From NCBI RefSeq assembly GCF_006345805.1, contig NC_043001.1:46128001-46192000 (forward strand): DNA of 64,000 bases. Reading direction: 5' to 3'. The position numbers and the translations under genes are program-made. Positions 61,397 through 64,000 of the stretch are shown piece by piece. Below the pieces are notes generated by a model, which saw nothing but the letters and a program-made list of their open reading frames with translations, was not told the DNA's origin and ran no database searches. This stretch comes from Octopus sinensis (Eukaryota). The first letter of the stretch is position 1. Each line of letters begins with the position of its first letter.

Positions 61397-61811
61397 GGCG
61401 TAGGAGTGGCTGTGTGGTAAGTAGTTTGCTTACCAACCACATGGTTCCGGGTTCAGTCCCACTGCGTGGCACCTTGGGCAAGTGTCTTCTACTATAGCCT
61501 TGGGCCAACCAAAGCCTTGTGAGTGGATTTGGTAGACGGAAACTGAAAGAACCCTGTTGTATATGTGTGTATATATATATACATATATATATATATGTAT
61601 GTGTGTATATGTTTGTGTGTCTGTGTTTGTCCCCCCAACATCACTTGACAACTGATGCTGGTGTGTTTACATCCCCGTAAGTTAGCAGTTCGGCAAAAGA
61701 GACCAATAGAATAAGTACTAAGCTTACAAAGAATAAGTCCTGTGGTCAATTTACTCGACTAAAGGCGGTGCTCCAGCATGGCCACAGTCAAATGACTGAA
61801 ACAAGTAAAAG

Positions 61812-61815
<4 letters not shown>
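61397..61815 (+). mobile_element. Full-length tRNA-derived SINE
   Basis: Same family as 51835-52245. Confidence 0.85.
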
Positions 61816-61852
<37 letters not shown>

Positions 61853-62454
61853 CATTATTATTATTATTATTATTATTATTGAGTGAGAGAACAGTGCATG
61901 CCATCAAAGTGATACTGGGTTACTTAAATATATGAAGCCCAATAAACCCATCATGACTATTCGTCTAATAAGGGTACACCGGGCACATGCATCACAACCA
62001 TATGTGCGCAACATGGTGACCTTATATCATGATAAACAGTGCATGACCTTGCAGGTGGGGCTCCATCCTGCTCAAAAAGTCCCTGAATAAGGATTGTTTA
62101 AGAATGATTAACAAAATACCTACGTTTCCAAAGGTGAATTATTCAAAGCCCCCAAAATTTCTTTCAACACATGGCTATGATGCTCCCCAACTACTTCTGT
62201 TCGTGATCAGAGATGCACATATCGTCAGCCACTAAGGGACATTCTCAACTGGTTATGGTCAAACAACTGACAAGCAAATCTGTGGTACTAAGCAGAATAT
62301 TTGCTGTAGCCCATCTTTTATATCAGGCCAAAACAATGTACATGATAACACTTCCAATCAGTTAAGATCAGAAGCCACGAGAGCCACTACCTGGTACTGC
62401 TTCATCATCATCATCATCACCACCACCACCACCACCACCACCACCACCACCACC

Positions 62455-63410
62455 AGAGTAAAAGGTAGACTGTATGACGCATGTGTATGAACAGCCATGC
62501 TACATGGCAGTGAAACATGGGCTGTGGCTGCTGAGGACATGCGTAAGCTTGCAAGGAATGAAGCCAGTATGATCCGATGGATGTGTAATGTCAGTGTGCA
62601 TACTCGACAGAGTGTAAGTACCTTGAGAGAAATGTTAGACCTAAGAAGCATCAGATGAGGTGTGCAAGAGGGACAACTGCACTGGTATGGTCATGTGGCG
62701 AGAATGGATGAGGACAGCTGTGTGAAAAAGTGCCACACCCTAGCGGTTGAGGAAACCTGTGGAAGAGGTAGACCCAGGAAGACTTGGGATGAAGTGGTGA
62801 AGCATGACCTTCGAACTTTAGGCCTCACCAAGGAAATGACTAGTGACCGAGACTTTTGGAAATATGCTGTGCGTGAGAAGACCTGGCAAACCAAATGAGA
62901 CCATAACCTCGTGGCCTATGTCAGGGGCGTAACCAGCCCACTTATGTGTACCTTTTCCTTCTTTGTACAGTAAAAATCTGCTTGCGAAGACCTGTTGAGG
63001 CAAGTGAAATCAAAATCAAAATCAAAATCGATGACTGGCGTCCGTGCTAGCAGGGTGCAAAGAGCACCATACAAGCGTGATCATTGACAGAGCGGCTAAC
63101 CGGCTTCCATGCCAGTGAACTTAAAAGGCACCATTCGAGCATGATCGTTACCAACATTGCCTTACTGGCACCTGTGCCGGTGGCATATGTAAAGGATTTG
63201 AGCGAGGTCATTGCCAGTACCGCCTGACTGGCACGGAAAAGCACTCACTACACTCTCGGAGTGGTTGGCGTTAGGAAGGGCATCCAGCTGTAGAAACTCT
63301 GCCAGATCAAGTTTGAAGCCTTGTGCAGCCATCTGGTTCACCAGCGCTCAGTCAATTGTCCAACCTATGCTAGTATGGAAAGCGGACATTAAACGATGAT
63401 GATGATGATG
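62455..63410 (+). mobile_element. 5'-truncated RTE LINE: ORF2 C-terminus, 3'UTR with VNTR-type units, (GAT)n tail
   Basis: KGRLYDACV..MLHGSETW..RNEASMIRWMC..LHWYGHVARM..RGRPRKTWDEVV; stop at 62898; ends gcggacattaaacgatgatgat. Confidence 0.9.
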
Positions 63411-64000
63411 ATATATATATATATATATACATACATATACTGGCCTTGTGACAGAATTAGAAACCATTTATAGCAGCTTTAGTTTTGTAGTCTTGTTCCA
63501 TAAAACATAAGCAGAGTGTTATGAGTGATGATTTTATGATAGGTCATTAATTAAAATGATGAGACTATAAAACCACTTATTGCAGAAAGTTCTGGTTGTA
63601 TGTGACCAAATATTAAAAGCTTTTGCAAATAAAGTATGGAAAAGGAAAAATGCAGAGCCATTTTTATGAAATTAAGATTGTTCTTTTTCGTTTGTTTATC
63701 TAAAAATTCTTTTTTTTCACAATCCAGTCAGAGTAGGTCAGTAGCATAGCTAAAAGGTTGGGTGATGGGAGCAGTCCATTCTGGGTGGAATTTTTATGGG
63801 AGCAACATTTTAAGGGAGTGGGGCACTTTTGGGTCTGCTGTATAAGACTATATAGGGGACAAGCGATGGCATACTCAAGAGTTGCTCTGGGTAGTATATA
63901 ATCAATACCACTAGAATAGGTAGGGTGGTACCTATGACCCTTTAACCATTTTGAGACACATGGTGTTTTGGTATGCATAGCCAAAAAGACCCCTTTTTTC

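Noticed and set aside
63700-63984. 94-aa minus-strand ORF at the window end
   Set aside because: No recognisable motif, splice context or codon signal.

Overview
This is AT-rich, repeat-dense eukaryotic DNA. The microsatellite load and the SINE/LINE/MITE families point to a coleoid cephalopod, probably Octopus (inference). One host gene spans most of the window on the minus strand: an EF-hand + WD40 protein of the WDY / WDR49(CFAP337) / WDR64-like family. I traced 14 phase-consistent GT-AG coding exons from ~43784 down to 9568 (~780 codons). Two candidate 5' micro-exons lie at 58026-58057 and 58967-59000, and the 3' exons appear to lie left of the window. The rest is intronic or intergenic transposon material: RTE, CR1-type, Tx1/L1, R4-like and Penelope retroelements, tRNA-derived SINEs, mariner/Tc1/Tigger remnants, hAT, TTAA and hairpin MITEs, and long microsatellites. 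Almost all other ORFs in the track are microsatellite or TE artefacts. I found no convincing new biological system. The most unusual structures are a young CR1-type LINE with its endonuclease region inverted relative to its RT (twin-priming geometry), a near-perfect 183-bp foldback, and an RTE 3'UTR VNTR expanded into a CRISPR-looking minisatellite.
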